Below the pieces are notes generated by a model. The model did no database searches, had not been told where the DNA came from, and saw only the letters and a list, made by a program, of their open reading frames with translations. 64,000 nucleotides of DNA from Malacoraja senta (Eukaryota): positions 24,430,001 through 24,494,000 of the forward strand of contig CM075988.1 in NCBI GenBank assembly GCA_038087875.1, given 5' to 3'. Shown here piece after piece: positions 1 through 11,757 of the stretch. Within the stretch, counting starts at the first letter, position 1, and each line of letters begins with the position of its first letter. The translations under genes and the position numbers were made by a program.

Positions 1-761
1 TGGCCTAAATGCAAAACGCTATGTGTGGCGGAAACCTAACTCTGCACATCACCCTGAACACACCATCCCCACTGTGAAACATGGTGGTGGCAGCATCATG
101 CTGTGGGGATGCTTTTCTTCAGCAGGTACAGGGAAGCTGGTCAGAGTTGATGGGAAGATGGATGGAGCCAAATACAGGGCAATCTTGGAAGAAAACCTGT
201 TAGAGTCTGCAAAAGACTTGAGACTGGGACGGAGGTTCACCTTCCAGCAGGACAACGACCCTAAACATACAGCCAGAGCTACAATGGAATGGTTTAGATC
301 AAAGCATATTCATGTGTTAGAATGGCCCAGTCAAAGTCCAGACCTAAATCCAATTGAGAATCTCTGGCAAGACTTGACAATTGCTGTTCACAGACGCTCT
401 CCATCCAATCTGACTGAGCTTGAGCTATTTTGCAAAGAAGAATGGGCAAAAATTTCAGTCTCTGGATGTGCAAAGCTGGTAGAGACATACCCCAAAAGAC
501 TTGCAGCTGTAATTGCAGCGAAAGGTGGTTCTACAAAGTATTGACTCAGGGGGCCTGAATACTTTTGCACGCGACACTTTTCAGTTTTTTATTTGTAAAA
601 AAATTTGAAATCCATGTATCATTTTCCTTCCACTTCACAATTATGCACCACTTTGTGTTGGTCTATCACATAAAATCCCAATAAAATACATTTACGTTTG
701 TGGTTGTAACGTGACAAAATGTGGAAAAGTTCAAGGGGTATGAATACTTTGCAAGCCGCTG
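1..761 (+). mobile_element. Tc1-like DNA transposon (IR/DR type), 3' part; left end outside window
   Basis: Transposase ORF to 544. The right TIR has inner and outer direct repeats (GGGGGCCTGAATACTTTTGCA ~549-569; GGGGTATGAATACTTTGCA 735-753) and ends ...GCCGCTG at 761, followed by TA. Confidence 0.95.
23..544 (+). CDS. Tc1 transposase, C-terminal catalytic domain (DD34E), 5'-incomplete
   Basis: Motifs [22 protein letters not shown] and [15 protein letters not shown]; 34 residues between the second D and E; ends KGGSTKY; no stops. Confidence 0.93.
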   Translation: MWRKPNSAHHPEHTIPTVKHGGGSIMLWGCFSSAGTGKLVRVDGKMDGAKYRAILEENLLESAKDLRLGRRFTFQQDNDPKHTARATMEWFRSKHIHVLEWPSQSPDLNPIENLWQDLTIAVHRRSPSNLTELELFCKEEWAKISVSGCAKLVETYPKRLAAVIAAKGGSTKY

Positions 762-790
762 TATATATCTATATCTATCTATATACTGTA

Positions 791-828
<38 letters not shown>

Positions 829-832
829 TATA
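762..832. repeat. (TA)n microsatellite at Tc1 end
   Basis: Directly visible TA/TATC repeats. Confidence 0.9.
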
Positions 833-837
833 GATTG

Positions 838-1410
838 TAATTGATTTTATTAGCTAAGTATGAAAACAAAACAAGTATGTAATCATATGAGCAATTTGAT
901 TTGCCACAGTCATACCAAAACAGCAACAAAACACGCAACCACATAAAAATTTAACATAAACATCCCCCACAGTGGCCCCTCCACATTCGTCACTGTGATG
1001 GAAGGCAATAGAGTCTTATCTTCTTTCCTCCTTTTTCTCCCCCGGTCGAAGGAGTCGAACCATCCGCAGTCGGGGCGATTGAAGCTCCCGTGAGCAGGGC
1101 GGTTGAAGCTCCTGCGGCTAACCAGGGACCACGAGCTCCACGATGTTAAAGTCCGCAGGCTCCTGCGGTTGGAGCTCCCAAGGTCGATCCCCAGCAAGAG
1201 GCCGCCAGCTCCACGATGTTAGGCCGCAGTGCGGAAGGAGATACGATACGGAAAAAGTCGCATCTCTGTCGAGGAGAGAGATTTTTTTAAAGTTTCCCCC
1301 CACCCCCTCCTCCACCCCCCCCCCCCAATACAAAACTAAAGATATACTAAAACATTTAACTACAGACTAAAATACAACAAAGAGAGAAAGGGATGAAACA
1401 GACTGTTGGC
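838..1410 (-). mobile_element. Unclassified interspersed repeat, probably non-LTR/SINE-like 3' end
   Basis: CpG-rich body with internal short repeats (GCTCCACGATGTTA x2, GAAGCTCC x2); minus-strand AATAAA and simple tail near 845; family not identified. Confidence 0.4.
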
Positions 1411-1718
1411 GAGATAGAGATATTGTGATATATATATATAGATATTGTGATATACGGCAGAGGTTCCAGCACAGATTCCTGTGGAATTCCACTGGTCACA
1501 GAACTCCAGCCTAAATATTGTCCTTTCCACCACGATAGTCAGCCTTCATTAAATGAGGGAGGTCTGAATCCATTCGACCATGTCACTTAATCCTGTGCAA
1601 CTTTATGTTCTGGATCAGTGTACCATGGGGGACTTTCTCCATGTAAAAAACATCCACAGCCCTACCCTCATCGGATCAAGTTAGTGAGACACAACCTGAC
1701 GCATACAAAGCCATAGAA

Positions 1719-1844
1719 TCTGAAGAAGGGTCTCGACCCGAAACGTCACCCAAGTCAGAAGAAGGGTCTCGACCCGAAACGTCACCCATTCCTTCTCTCC
1801 AGAGATGCTGCCTGTCCCGCTGAGTTACTCCAGCATTTTGTGTC
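1719..1844 (+). mobile_element. Penelope-like terminal repeat with two tandem hammerhead-type cores
   Basis: CTGAAGAAGGGTCTCGACCCGAAACGTC at 1720-1747 and a second copy (CAGAAGA variant) at 1756-1783, then the family body CCCATTCCTTCTCTCCAGAGATGCTGCC. Confidence 0.85.
1720..1747 (+). ncRNA. Minimal type-I hammerhead ribozyme motif (PLE-associated), representative intact copy
   Basis: CUGANGA core, extra A, stem II GGGU/ACCC with CUCG loop, GAAA, palindromic stem III ACGU, GUC cleavage triplet. Identical copies at 7643-7670 (+) and 31709-31736 (-); loop variant at 62124-62151. Confidence 0.75.
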
Positions 1845-3166
1845 AGCATTCAAAGCACTAACCCATTCTCATTCAATGGGAGTAAATCCTATCCCAAAGA
1901 ATCCTCTCCAATAGCTTCCCAACCACAGACAGGAGGCTCACCGGCCTATAATTCCCTGGATTCCCTCTACTTCCCTTCTTGCACAATAGTGCAACATTAA
2001 CCACTCTGCAGGACGTCGCCTGCGGTTAGAGAAGATGCACAGATCATAGTCAAGGCTCCCGCAATCTTTTCTCTTGCTCCGCTCAATAATCTGGGATAGG
2101 TCCTATCAGTTCCTGGGAATTTATCCATCGTAACTAACGCTCCACGAGTCCCAACACGTCCTCCTTAATCTCAAACTACACTCTCGTATTAGTATTCTCT
2201 ACACTCATCTCACTGTCCTCCATGTCCTTCTCCTTGGTAAAAACAGATGCAAAGTACTTGTCTTGTACCTCGCCTGCATCCCCAGACTCCAAGTACACAA
2301 TCCGTCCTTTATCCTTGAGTGCTCCCATCTTCTCTCTGGTTACCCTCCTGAGATGGGTAGATTGGTGAAGGAATACAAATGATCCAGCAATATGTGGATT
2401 CAGAGTAAACAGGTTATCTCTTCCTCACCGCACGTTGCATGTCAGTAACTGTGATCACTCTGCAGACATCACCACTTTTTCAGCAGGCTCTGACCCATTC
2501 CATTTCAAAATGCACTTTGTGCATGAACTTTACTCTGAATATCTGAGAATAAATAAATAATGCCCAATTTATACAGTGCAATGTCATTTCTTAAAGTGCT
2601 TCCCACGGTGAGTTATCTTTGATGACAGTGACAGTTGTGTTCCTAGTGCACAAGGCACTGCAATAGCATAGGCAGAAAACTTCTAAAAATGAACCAAGAC
2701 ACCAGGAATTGCAGGTACCGGAGACTTGAACAAAACACAAAGTGCTGGAGGAACTCAATGGATCAGGCAGCATCTGGGGAGGAAACAGACAGATGATGTT
2801 GCGGGTCAGGACCCTTGTTCAGACTGATCAAAAAAAAGAATGACCACTTGAAGTTGATCAAGTTGAAGTTGGTGCCGGTGCGAGGATAATTGCTCTTGAT
2901 AAAAGAAAAGAATGAAGAATGGGACATTGAAGGAATGAGAGAAGTGTGAATGGAGGGAAGGAGGGAGGAAATGAAGGAGGGGGGAAGGAAGGACAAATAG
3001 AGGGAAGGAAGGAAGAAAAGAAGGATAGACAGCCCTATCAGGCCAGTCATGGTCTTGGACGATCCCATCGCAGAACACCCAACAGCAGACTGAGGCTTTG
3101 TCATTGTTGTAATGTAGTGAAATTATGCATATGAACCTCTTGTGATGAGATAGCTTTTCATTTCAG

Positions 3167-3284
3167 GCATTACTGGATAAACATCGAGCTCTCCAAAGCT
3201 CTCCTCTGGGATTTGTTACGTCCCCTTGAGCTGGCGGTGAAGTTAACGAACATGATGTGTCCAAGTCGCGAAGAACAGGAATGA
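3167..3284 (+). CDS. Candidate terminal coding exon of a plus-strand gene lying upstream
   Basis: Acceptor cttttcatttcag; phase-2 frame HYWINIELSKALLWDLLRPLELAVKLTNMMCPSREEQE*; unique sequence; product not recognised. Confidence 0.4.
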
Positions 3285-3991
3285 GTTGCATCTCGTCCAT
3301 CGTGATTCGCTGGCTCTCTTCATTGTGGAAAGGCTCTGGAGCCTGAATTCACCTGAGAAAAAATAGACGAGACCCAGCTTCGAAGAAATGAGAAGTATGG
3401 GGTGGATAAACAGAATGAGGAGCAATCAGAAATCTTCCAGCATCTTATAATTAATATAACATTGCTGCTTAATTTCTTGCCTTCGCTTTAATCATCTTCA
3501 CTATAATTTATTCATGTCTTCATTATAATCCATCATAATTCATTCATTGTATTCATTATGAGTTGTTAATCATTTTCTTCAGTGATCCAATGCTTGGTCT
3601 TGCGATTCTGCCTTTCAATGGCTGCTCTTGTCTTGCGTGTTCATGACAGATTAAAACTGTGTTTGCCGCTGAGCTTGGGGGACGCGCACAATCCCCATCT
3701 CAGGCTGACGACAGCTGTTCAGGAAGGATATAATCAATGTTCCCTGCAACAGATTTATCAATATTCATAACTCAACACTTTCCAGGAATAGATTCCGTCA
3801 CCATCCCAACAGACAAGACGATTATAGTGCAACCATTTCAAAGTAAAGCCTTATTTCAAGAAAATTGCACACAACATTGAGAGGGTTTTATTTTAAGTAG
3901 GATCGGGACGCTTCTGATTTAACCTCCACAAATCCTTTAAAAAAAAAATTTCAAACCTGCAAAGTGCTGGAGTCAAATTTTAGACTTTTCT

Positions 3992-4103
3992 TCAAAATTC
4001 CCTGAGACTTGAGATTGATTTATTTTCTGTACTGATGGAAAAGGAGAGAGAGTCTCCGACAGATGGATATTTCTGCTCCGTGATACATTCAAGGACAGAC
4101 GCA
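3992..4103 (-). CDS. Minus-strand gene A, candidate last coding exon
   Basis: Acceptor tttgaatttcag; phase 2; (G)ASVLECITEQKYPSVGDSLSFSISTENKSISSLREF*. Confidence 0.4.
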
Positions 4104-4299
4104 CTGAAATTCAAATTCATGTGACTGTGTCTGTGGCTCAATCCCACATGATATGACTGAACCTGGCAAAACATGCCCAGTGAAACCTCATCTTAAACCA
4201 GTCCAGGAAACTTCTGATCCACAAAACCATTAAATCAAACCATGTATTTTTCTGTCGCTCACTATTTTAGGTGGTCCCTTCCATTGGATGGTTTCAGAC

Positions 4300-4603
4300 T
4301 TAGGTTAGTTTAAGTTAGAGATACAGCGCGGAAACAGGCCCTTCAGCCCACCGAGTCCACGCCGACCAGCAATCCCCAGGCTATCCTTCACGCTAGGGAC
4401 AATTTACAATTATACCAAGCCAATTAACCTACAAACCTGTGCGTCTTTGGAGTGTGGGAGGAAACCGGAGATCCCGGCGAAAACCCACGCAGGGCACGGG
4501 TAGAACGTACAAACTCCATACAGACAGCACATGAAGTCAGGATGGAACCCGGGTTTTTGATGCTTTAAGGCAGCAACTCTACCGCTGCGCCACCATGCTG
4601 CCC
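4300..4603 (-). mobile_element. HE1-type tRNA-derived V-SINE
   Basis: Head GGGCAGCATGGTGGCGCAGCGGTAGAG (A box), B-box-like GGGTTCCATCC, V-domain GGTTTCCTCCCACACTCCAAAGAC, CR1-like tail GGGCCTGTTTCCGCGCTGTATCTCT plus (CTAAA)n. Confidence 0.9.
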
Positions 4604-4629
4604 AATGACTTAATTTGAGGGTTTCTAAC

Positions 4630-4749
4630 CCTTCCACAGATGGATTTTGACAGGCTCCTTTATTTGATACTTCCAGTGAGCTCCTTAAAGAGATGGTTTT
4701 GAATAATTCTTCAGTACATGGTTTCAAAGATGGTGTCCGGTGGACTCTT
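4630..4749 (-). CDS. Gene A candidate exon (cytoplasmic tail)
   Basis: AG/GT flanked, 120 nt, phase 2-2; RVHRTPSLKPCTEELFKTISLRSSLEVSNKGACQNPSVE; acceptor weak. Confidence 0.4.
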
Positions 4750-5272
4750 CTTCAAGAACTCTTTCTTCAAAATAGTTTCAACATTGGTGAAACAATGGAG
4801 ATGTAGTTCGCGTTGGTGCCTCACAATCTACGGGGCATCAGTTGAATTATAACCTCGGGTACCCTCCGTGCAGACTTTGTCTTCAATTCCAGGTGAACTA
4901 ATTTTCTTCCGCATCCCAAAGATCTGATGGTAGGTTCATGGGCTACTTTGACCTATTCATTGGTGAAGATTGGTTGCAAAAAAATATCCAATGGTACTTG
5001 ATGGTCAAGTGAGAAATCAATGGTTCAACCATTACACCAAATATAATAAGCAGCAGGATACAGAGAGATAAGGAGGGAAGGAATGGGATGCGTGAGATTG
5101 CAAGTGATAAAGCCAGCATTGACTTAAGTAACCCCCTCATGTCATTAAAAGTGGAAGATAAAGTAAGATAAATGTCCCCTTGTCTTTTAGTTTCAGGTGG
5201 TCCCCCGAAGGGCTGAATGGCCTTGTCCTGCACCTATTGTCTATTGTCGATTGATATGATGATTTCACGTAC

Positions 5273-5378
5273 ACTTTCGACAGTTGAGTAAACTTCAGTG
5301 GGATGTGATCGGAATTATATCTCCAGGTTGCATCGGTAAAGTGCAGATGAGGAAGGCTTTCATTATCTGGCAATTTTT
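5273..5378 (-). CDS. Gene A candidate exon
   Basis: caattag|...AAAGT|gtacgt; 106 nt, phase 1-2; KLPDNESLPHLHFTDATWRYNSDHIPLKFTQLSK. Confidence 0.5.
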
Positions 5379-5716
5379 CTAATTGATTTGTGTATACTTG
5401 ATTTGCATTCTTGGCAACAGCAGATGAGATTATATCGTGTATTTAGCATCATAAAAGAATCCAGAATAGAAATAATTAGAGAGGCAGGTGCTGGAAAAGA
5501 TTACGGGGAACGATAAAAGATGCAGGCTTATTTTTTACCTTTGGCCCACAGCAGAAACTTTGTGTGATTGTTCTGAATCTGCTCTTTCTCAACCCCTAGG
5601 CAATAACCCGATGTAAGGAAGTGACTGTCTTTCTCTAAAAATAACTCGTTGGTTAGTTTCCACTCACTTACTGTGACACCGAAATTTTAAAAAATTGTCT
5701 TGCAGTAAGAAATTCA

Positions 5717-6364
5717 GTCTGAAAAAGGGTCTCGACCCGAAACGTCGCCCATTCCTTCTCTCCAGAGATGCTGCCTCACCCGATGAGTTAAGGGGCTGTC
5801 CCACTTGTGTGACCTAATTGGCGAGTTTAGAAGAGTTTGAAAAAATGACATGTTGAAGACCTACTTCGCCTATGTAGAAGACCTCCTTCGACCTCCTTCG
5901 ACTTTGTTGAAGACTAGCTTCGACTAGCTATGACTATCTTCGGGAAAATTGGACACCGAATAGTGGAGAGTGAAGACGACCTCCTTCGATCTCCTTCGAC
6001 CTCCCTTCGACTATGATGAAGACTATCTACGACTACCTTCAACTACCCTCGATTACCTACGACTAACATGCCGACCTACTACGACCTACTACGACTAAAC
6101 CTACGAGTAAAAAAAGTATCGATTTTTTCCATGGCGTCCATTTTTCACTCGCGGGCATTTTTTAACATATTGAAAAAACGCCGCGACCTAGCTGAGGCCT
6201 CGAGTACGCGGAGACCACTCTCGAGCATGAAGGAGAGTTAGAAGACCTCCTACGACCTCGTGTCGACCATGCTGCGAGTATGAGTCGAGGGCAAACTCGC
6301 CAGAACTCGCGGATTAGGTCGCCCAAGTGAGACAGGCCCTTTACTCCAGCATTTTGTGTCTACC
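5717..6364 (+). mobile_element. PLE terminal repeat split by a Harbinger MITE
   Basis: Repeat reads ...CCCGATGAGTTA [MITE] TTACTCCAGCATTTTGTGTC; flanked by direct repeat AAGAAATTCA. Confidence 0.85.
5791..6340. mobile_element. PIF/Harbinger non-autonomous element (550 bp)
   Basis: TIRs AGGGGCTGTCCCACTTG / CAAGTGAGACAGGCCCT; TTA TSD at 5788-5790 and 6341-6343; internal (CGACCT/CGACTA)-rich repeats. Confidence 0.9.
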
Positions 6365-6896
6365 CAAGAAATTCACTTACTTGTCAACAAGAGTTTTCTC
6401 ACTGGAATATTAAAAGAAGAATATGCGAGAATAGTCCTCTGACCCATCAGGTTCTGTGGTGAGAGTAACATTAATTCAGGCCTTGCAGAGTTCATTTTCT
6501 GCTCTTATTTTAGAATCCCACTCCTGCAGCATTTTGATTTTTTTTTACTGGAATATTGATATCTTACAACATTTTATTTTACTCTGCATAAAAAATTCAA
6601 CAGGCATTAAATCACTCTCTTCCTTTCCCTCTCACCAAGAAGTACTTTCAAATAATTGTTCTCCCTTTTATTCTTTCAAACTTCCATTTCCTTTTCATCT
6701 TAAACAATCTGCATTTTCTTCCAGACTGAAGAAAGTTGACCCATAATATTGTAAGTCCATTTCCTTCCACAGATGCTGCCTGACCTGTTGAATTCCTCCA
6801 CCAGTTTGTTTGTTTTTTTGCTCAAGATTGCAGTTTCTGCAGATTCTTGGGTCTTCATCTTAGGTCCATTGCAAAATCTCCTCGAACTGTGCGTAC

Positions 6897-7000
6897 TTTG
6901 AAGAAGTTCTCCTCCTCCCTCTGATGGGAGTTCAATGAGATCCTCTCTCACTGCTCCCTCTGTTTGATTCCTGAGGCTCTCCAGTTCTTCCACCATGTTC
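6897..7000 (-). CDS. Gene A candidate exon
   Basis: ggccag|...CAAA|gtacgc; 104 nt, phase 2-1; NMVEELESLRNQTEGAVREDLIELPSEGGGELLQ. Confidence 0.55.
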
Positions 7001-7577
7001 CTGGCCCACACTATGACCACAAACACGGTCTGAAGAAGGGTCCTGACCCAAAATGTTGTCTGCCCATTTCCCTCCTCAGATGCTGCCTGACCTGTTGAGT
7101 TCCTCCATTAGTTCGATTTACGCTCAAGATTCCAGCATCTGCAGTCTCTTGTTTTTCTTCAACTGATTCCATCGCTCTAAACTCGAAGTCTCAAGTTAAA
7201 ACCATTTGTTTCAGACAAAGATTGTCCTGGGCATGAGAGGTTACATGGACCTTACGTGATGTTTCATAAGGCTTCAATGTAAGTACCTACACTTGACTGA
7301 GTGTAGGCTCACTAATTCCCACTGCTGACTGTAAGCATTAGGATTAGATGGAGCTCTGACACAGCAGAAACCCAAAAGCGTAGAGTTTAATAATGAATGA
7401 TGCATCAGGGTCGATCTAGATTTTGGGATCATCCTCAAATTGCTGCTGAGTTACAAACAAGGTGGGCCAATTGCAGATAGCACTATCCGTTAATTAATTG
7501 TGGTAACCTGTGAATGCTTCGAACCTCAGCGAAGTAATGATAGTCAACGCTGATAGATAGCATCATCCATAATCTAC

Positions 7578-7961
7578 TAGACACAAAAAAGCTGGAGTAA
7601 CTCAGCGGGCCTGGAAGCATCTCTGGAGAGAAGAAGGGTCTTCTGAAGAAGGGTCTCGACCCGAAACGTCACCCGTTCTTTCTCTCCAGTGATGCTGCCT
7701 GTCCTGCTGTTGTTTAAGAAAGAACTGCAGATCCTGGAAAAATCGAAGGTAGACAAAAATGTTGGAGAAACGTCGCCTATTCCTTCGCTCCATAGATACT
7801 TTCCGGGTCTCGACCCGAAACGTCGCCTATTCCTTTGCTCCATAGATGCTGCCTCACCCGCTGAGTTTCTCCAGCATTTTTGTCTGCCTGTCCCACTGAG
7901 TTACTCCAGCCTTTTGTGTCTATCTTCGGTTTAAACCAGCATCTGCAGTTCCTTCTTACAC
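7578..7961. mobile_element. Nested/fold-back cluster of PLE terminal repeats
   Basis: Inverted and direct copies of two subfamilies (CTCTCCAGAGATG and CGCTCCATAGATG types); intact hammerhead core at 7643-7670. Confidence 0.85.
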
Positions 7962-8898
7962 ATCAATAACCTAGTGACTGATATCGGATTATCAGTCAGA
8001 CTTTGCCAGGTTTGTTCAGCTTCACATCTCATCGCGGCTTTTGTCCAAATCTGGACCAAAGGGCTGACTTCTAGAAGTGAAGTGAGAGTGACAAGCTTTG
8101 ACATCAAGGCAGGGTTCAATGGAATGCATCATCAAAGTGCCCGAATAAAACAAAATCAATGCAGTTCAAAGGAAAACACTCCAACAGCATCAGTAACAAT
8201 TCATACCAAAGAGGGTGGGTTGACAGAGTTCAATCCCAAGATATCACTGCAGGAATTCCTCAGGGTAGTGCCCAAGGCCCAACCATCTTCAGATGCTTCT
8301 TCAATGACCTTCCCTCCTTCAGAAAGTCAGAGAAGGGTTTGTGGGAGGAAACCCGAGATCCCGAACAAAACCCACTCAGGTCACGGGGGAGAACGTACAA
8401 AATCTGTACAGACCTGGGACTCTGGCGCTGTAAGGCAGCAACTCTCCCGCTGCACCACCGGGCCACATGACTAGAGTGGAATGGGGTAGATTCTGAAGCT
8501 AGTGCGCATATTTGAAACCTGTCAGTTCTCCTTATTTGAGATAAATCCTCTGCACTGATCTCCTGATTATAGATATTCCATTTCATAGCGGTTCTTTTGA
8601 GGATTTGAGCTCAGCAGATTTCTACTGCCTGGTATCAAGCAGTAATCCCAAAGTGGGGGAAGTAATTACCAGTAAAACAATTTTCTGCTATTGCTCATAA
8701 GATAGAAATTTTATTTTTACACCGAAATGAAACGTACTTTTGCATGTGGGGTTTAAGTATTCAGCAAACAATGTTTCATTTCAGCAGAGTATGATACCAG
8801 GTATTTATTCCACTTCTGCTAAATATTGCAGAAGCCCGATGAACTGTAACTTACTTTACCCTTCTATGCAAGCCACGATCAAAAAGGATTAATAAAGA

Positions 8899-9430
8899 CT
8901 GGACTACGTGGGACCCGTTGGTTCCCTGTCACACGGGAGGCCTGGCCCCCAAAGCAACCCGTTCCCCCAACGCAATATTCCACCACTCACCCATAGCCCC
9001 CAACTGCGCAGGCGCGGCTCATTTCCCCTCATCACCCAGCACCCCCTCCCCTCTTCTTCACTCTCCTTTCCCCTCTCCTCCTCCCCTCCCCCAATTCCTC
9101 CCTCACCTCCCTCCCTCTCCTTTCCCTTACCCTCAGACACTTCCTCCCTTCCTTCCTCCCTCCATCTCTCCCCTCCCTACCTGCTTCCTCTCCCTCTATC
9201 CCCCACCTCCCCCACTCCTCACCTCCCCCTATCCCCCCCACTATCCCTCCTCAAGTCCCCCACTGCCCTCCTCTCCCTCTAGTCCCCACTCCCTACCTTC
9301 CCCACTCCTCCCTCCTCTCCCTCTATTCCCCCTCCACCCCCACTCTCCCTCCTCACCTCCACCACTTCCCCTCCTCGTCCTCCCTACCCCCTCCTCTCCT
9401 GCAAACCCCCCACTCTCCCTCCGCCCCTCC
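8899..9430 (-). mobile_element. Non-autonomous Helitron-like element, partial copy
   Basis: High similarity to 30952-31487; hairpin GGGACCCGTTGGTTCCC near the end; long C/T-rich tract. Confidence 0.6.
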
Positions 9431-9567
9431 CCAAGATCTCGAGGTTGCAGCCGTCGCCCTCAGAGCCAGCCTCAGCAACCCAGGCCCCGGATCTGTTATG
9501 CTGCTGCAAGTAAGCATTGTGCCGTTTTCAGTACATATGACCATTAAACACTCTTGACTCTCCTGAC

Positions 9568-9628
9568 TCATAGTCTTGAGCCACTGTGAGGTTAGTTTCT
9601 CTGTCCGCTTTTTCTTCTGAATGAACCT
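9568..9628 (-). CDS. Gene A candidate exon (juxtamembrane cytoplasmic)
   Basis: tgtgttagtcag|...TATGA|gtcagg; 61 nt, phase 1-2; VHSEEKADRETNLTVAQDY(E). The donor abuts a repeat tail. Confidence 0.5.
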
Positions 9629-9961
9629 CTGACTAACACAGCAAACCGTCACTTTCCTGTAGTGCTATATCAACCCAAACTAACCTTACTGTCCAGAATT
9701 CAGGACAAACATTTGAATCCGGATAGACCTAAAAAGCTGGGGTAACTCAGTGGGACAGGCAGCATCTCTGGAGAGAAGGAAAGGATGATGTTTCGGATCG
9801 AGACCCTTCTTCAGTCTCAGGATAACTCACTAAACTTTGGCAGATGCTGACGAGACTTGTGTTCAGCCCAATATCTGCTCCTGGCTTCACGTGAAGTGGG
9901 AACCTCCTGGATTTTGTACTGGACTTTCTACAGGTATTCTACGGACAGTCAGCCGTGACAC

Positions 9962-10284
9962 TTTAGTTTAGTTTAGTTTAGAGATACAGTGTGGAAACAG
10001 GCCCTTCGGCCACACAGTCTGCACCGACCAGCGATCCCCGCAAACTAACACTATCCTGCACACAGCAGGGACAATTTACACAGACACCAAGCCAATTAAC
10101 CTACAAACCTGTACGTCTTTGCAGTGTGTGGGAGGAAACCGAAGATCCCGGATAAAACCCACGCAGGTCACGGGGAGAACATACAAACTCCGTACAGACA
10201 GCACCCGTAGTTGAGATCGAACCCTGGTCTCCGGCGCTGAAAGCGCTGTAAGGCAGCAATTCTACCGCTACGCTATCGTGCCGC
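9962..10284 (-). mobile_element. HE1-type V-SINE
   Basis: Same head, V-domain and (TTTAG)n tail as 4300-4603. Confidence 0.9.
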
Positions 10285-10951
10285 TCACTTAGCTAACATG
10301 CCAGGTACAATCATAATTGTGAGAAAGGATCGATGGTTAATTATGGACATTTAGACCGAGTTCTAGAATTTTTTTAAAAAGAGACATTGTGTGTTAGGCT
10401 GATGTGATTTGTATTCTGTGCCCTCTGCGGCAGTAATTTTACGCAGCAGACTCTTTATTAAGTTGCTGCATTAGAATTCTTTGTTGGAAGATGCAAATGT
10501 AATCTTGGAACCGGAAAAACATTCAGTATTCATTACTACTCCAGTGTAGTCTATCGTCAACTCCACAATTTCAGCTCAATACATTACTTGATAACATAGA
10601 GAAGCTTGATTCCATGAAATTAACTTTGAATGGAATATTAATGAGGTAACAGTATTACAATTTCATGCACTAACTGATTGTAGATCTAATAGATTTCATA
10701 CTATTTCATTAGGAGACTTGAAGTCCAAATGCATAATCGTATACCTGGGATACTATGCACTATTTCCTCTCTAAATCTGGAATTGAAAAAATTTGACCAG
10801 ATAATGTAAGAAAATTCACAATTTTTGTGGTGTTTTGCGATGAAGTGATTGTAAAATTCCGATTTCACCATCAATGTAATGTGTTTGTCCGTTTGTTTCT
10901 TGGTGCCGACGCTTCAACAAGTGGAAGCAAAGTGCAGAATCATCGACCCAC

Positions 10952-11079
10952 TTTTCCAAACAATCACCAGAAGTGATATCACGGTCGACAGATGGATAAA
11001 GCTAATGGCTGACTGAACAAGCCAGAAGATGGTGATATCCCATTGTGTCACCAAACATGAGCGACAGAATGTAAAGCTC
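10952..11079 (-). CDS. Gene A candidate transmembrane exon
   Basis: Strong acceptor ttccttcttccccttcag, donor AAAA|gtgggt; 128 nt, phase 2-1; SFTFCRSCLVTQWDITIFWLVQSAISFIHLSTVISLLVIVWK; hydrophobic stretch ending in W-K-K. Confidence 0.6.
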
Positions 11080-11257
11080 CTGAAGGGGAAGAAGGAACAG
11101 CAGGAGCACCAGGAATAGTGCCTTATCACCGCCTGACGAGATCGCTGGGTCTTGGAAATGTGCAACAGAGTTTGCCTCAGACCTCGCATCTCTTCTGTAT
11201 TCTCCATGCTTTCGTTTCTCTCTCCCCTCTCCTCACTTCCCCCTTTCTTTCTCTCCA

Positions 11258-11757
11258 CGTGAAAGGCCTGGATAGAGTGGATGTGGAGAGGTTGGTTCCA
11301 CTAGTGGGAGAGTCGAGGACCAAAGGTCATAGGTAGACAAAAGTGCTGGAGAAACTCAGCAGGTGCAGCAGCATCTATGGAGCGAAGAATATTTCCTTCG
11401 CTCCATAGATGCTGCTGCACCCGCTGAGTTTCTCCAGCACTTTTGTCTACCTTTGAATTTCCAGCATCTGCAGTTCCTTCATAAACACCAAAGGTCATAG
11501 CCTCAGAATTAAGGGATGTTCATTTAGGAAGGAGACGAGGAGGAATTTATTTCGTCAGAAGGTGGCGAATCTGTGGAATTCATTGCCACAGTAGGTTGTG
11601 CAGGCCAAGTCAAAGAATATTTTTAAGGCAGAGATGGATAGATTCTTGATTAGTATGGGTGTCAGGGGTTATGGCTCAGCCATGATTGAATGGCGGAGTA
11701 GACGATGGGCCGAATGGCTTAATTCTGCTTCTATCACTTATGAACCTATGAACTTAC
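11258..11757 (+). mobile_element. CR1 LINE 3' fragment interrupted by a PLE fold-back (11333-11486)
   Basis: KGLDRVDVERLVPLVGESRTKGH motif resumes after the insertion; 14-bp TSD ACCAAAGGTCATAG at 11319-11332 and 11487-11500. Confidence 0.9.

Larger units (their letters stand above)
1450..2350 (-). mobile_element. Old CR1 LINE ORF2 fragments, interrupted by a PLE repeat at 1719-1844
   Basis: Degenerate CR1-like sequence on the minus strand (e.g. CCAGGGAATTATAGGCCGGTGAGCCT = PGNYRPVSL). Confidence 0.65.

Noticed and set aside
4540..4603. tRNA-like A/B boxes
   Set aside because: SINE head, not a complete tRNA cloverleaf.
5870..6110. Short regularly spaced repeats resembling an array (CRISPR-like)
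   Set aside because: Internal degenerate repeats of a Harbinger MITE in a vertebrate genome; no constant repeat with unique spacers, no cas genes.
8904..9547. Pro/Ser-rich ORFs up to 209 aa
   Set aside because: Low-complexity C/T tract inside a repeated Helitron-like element.
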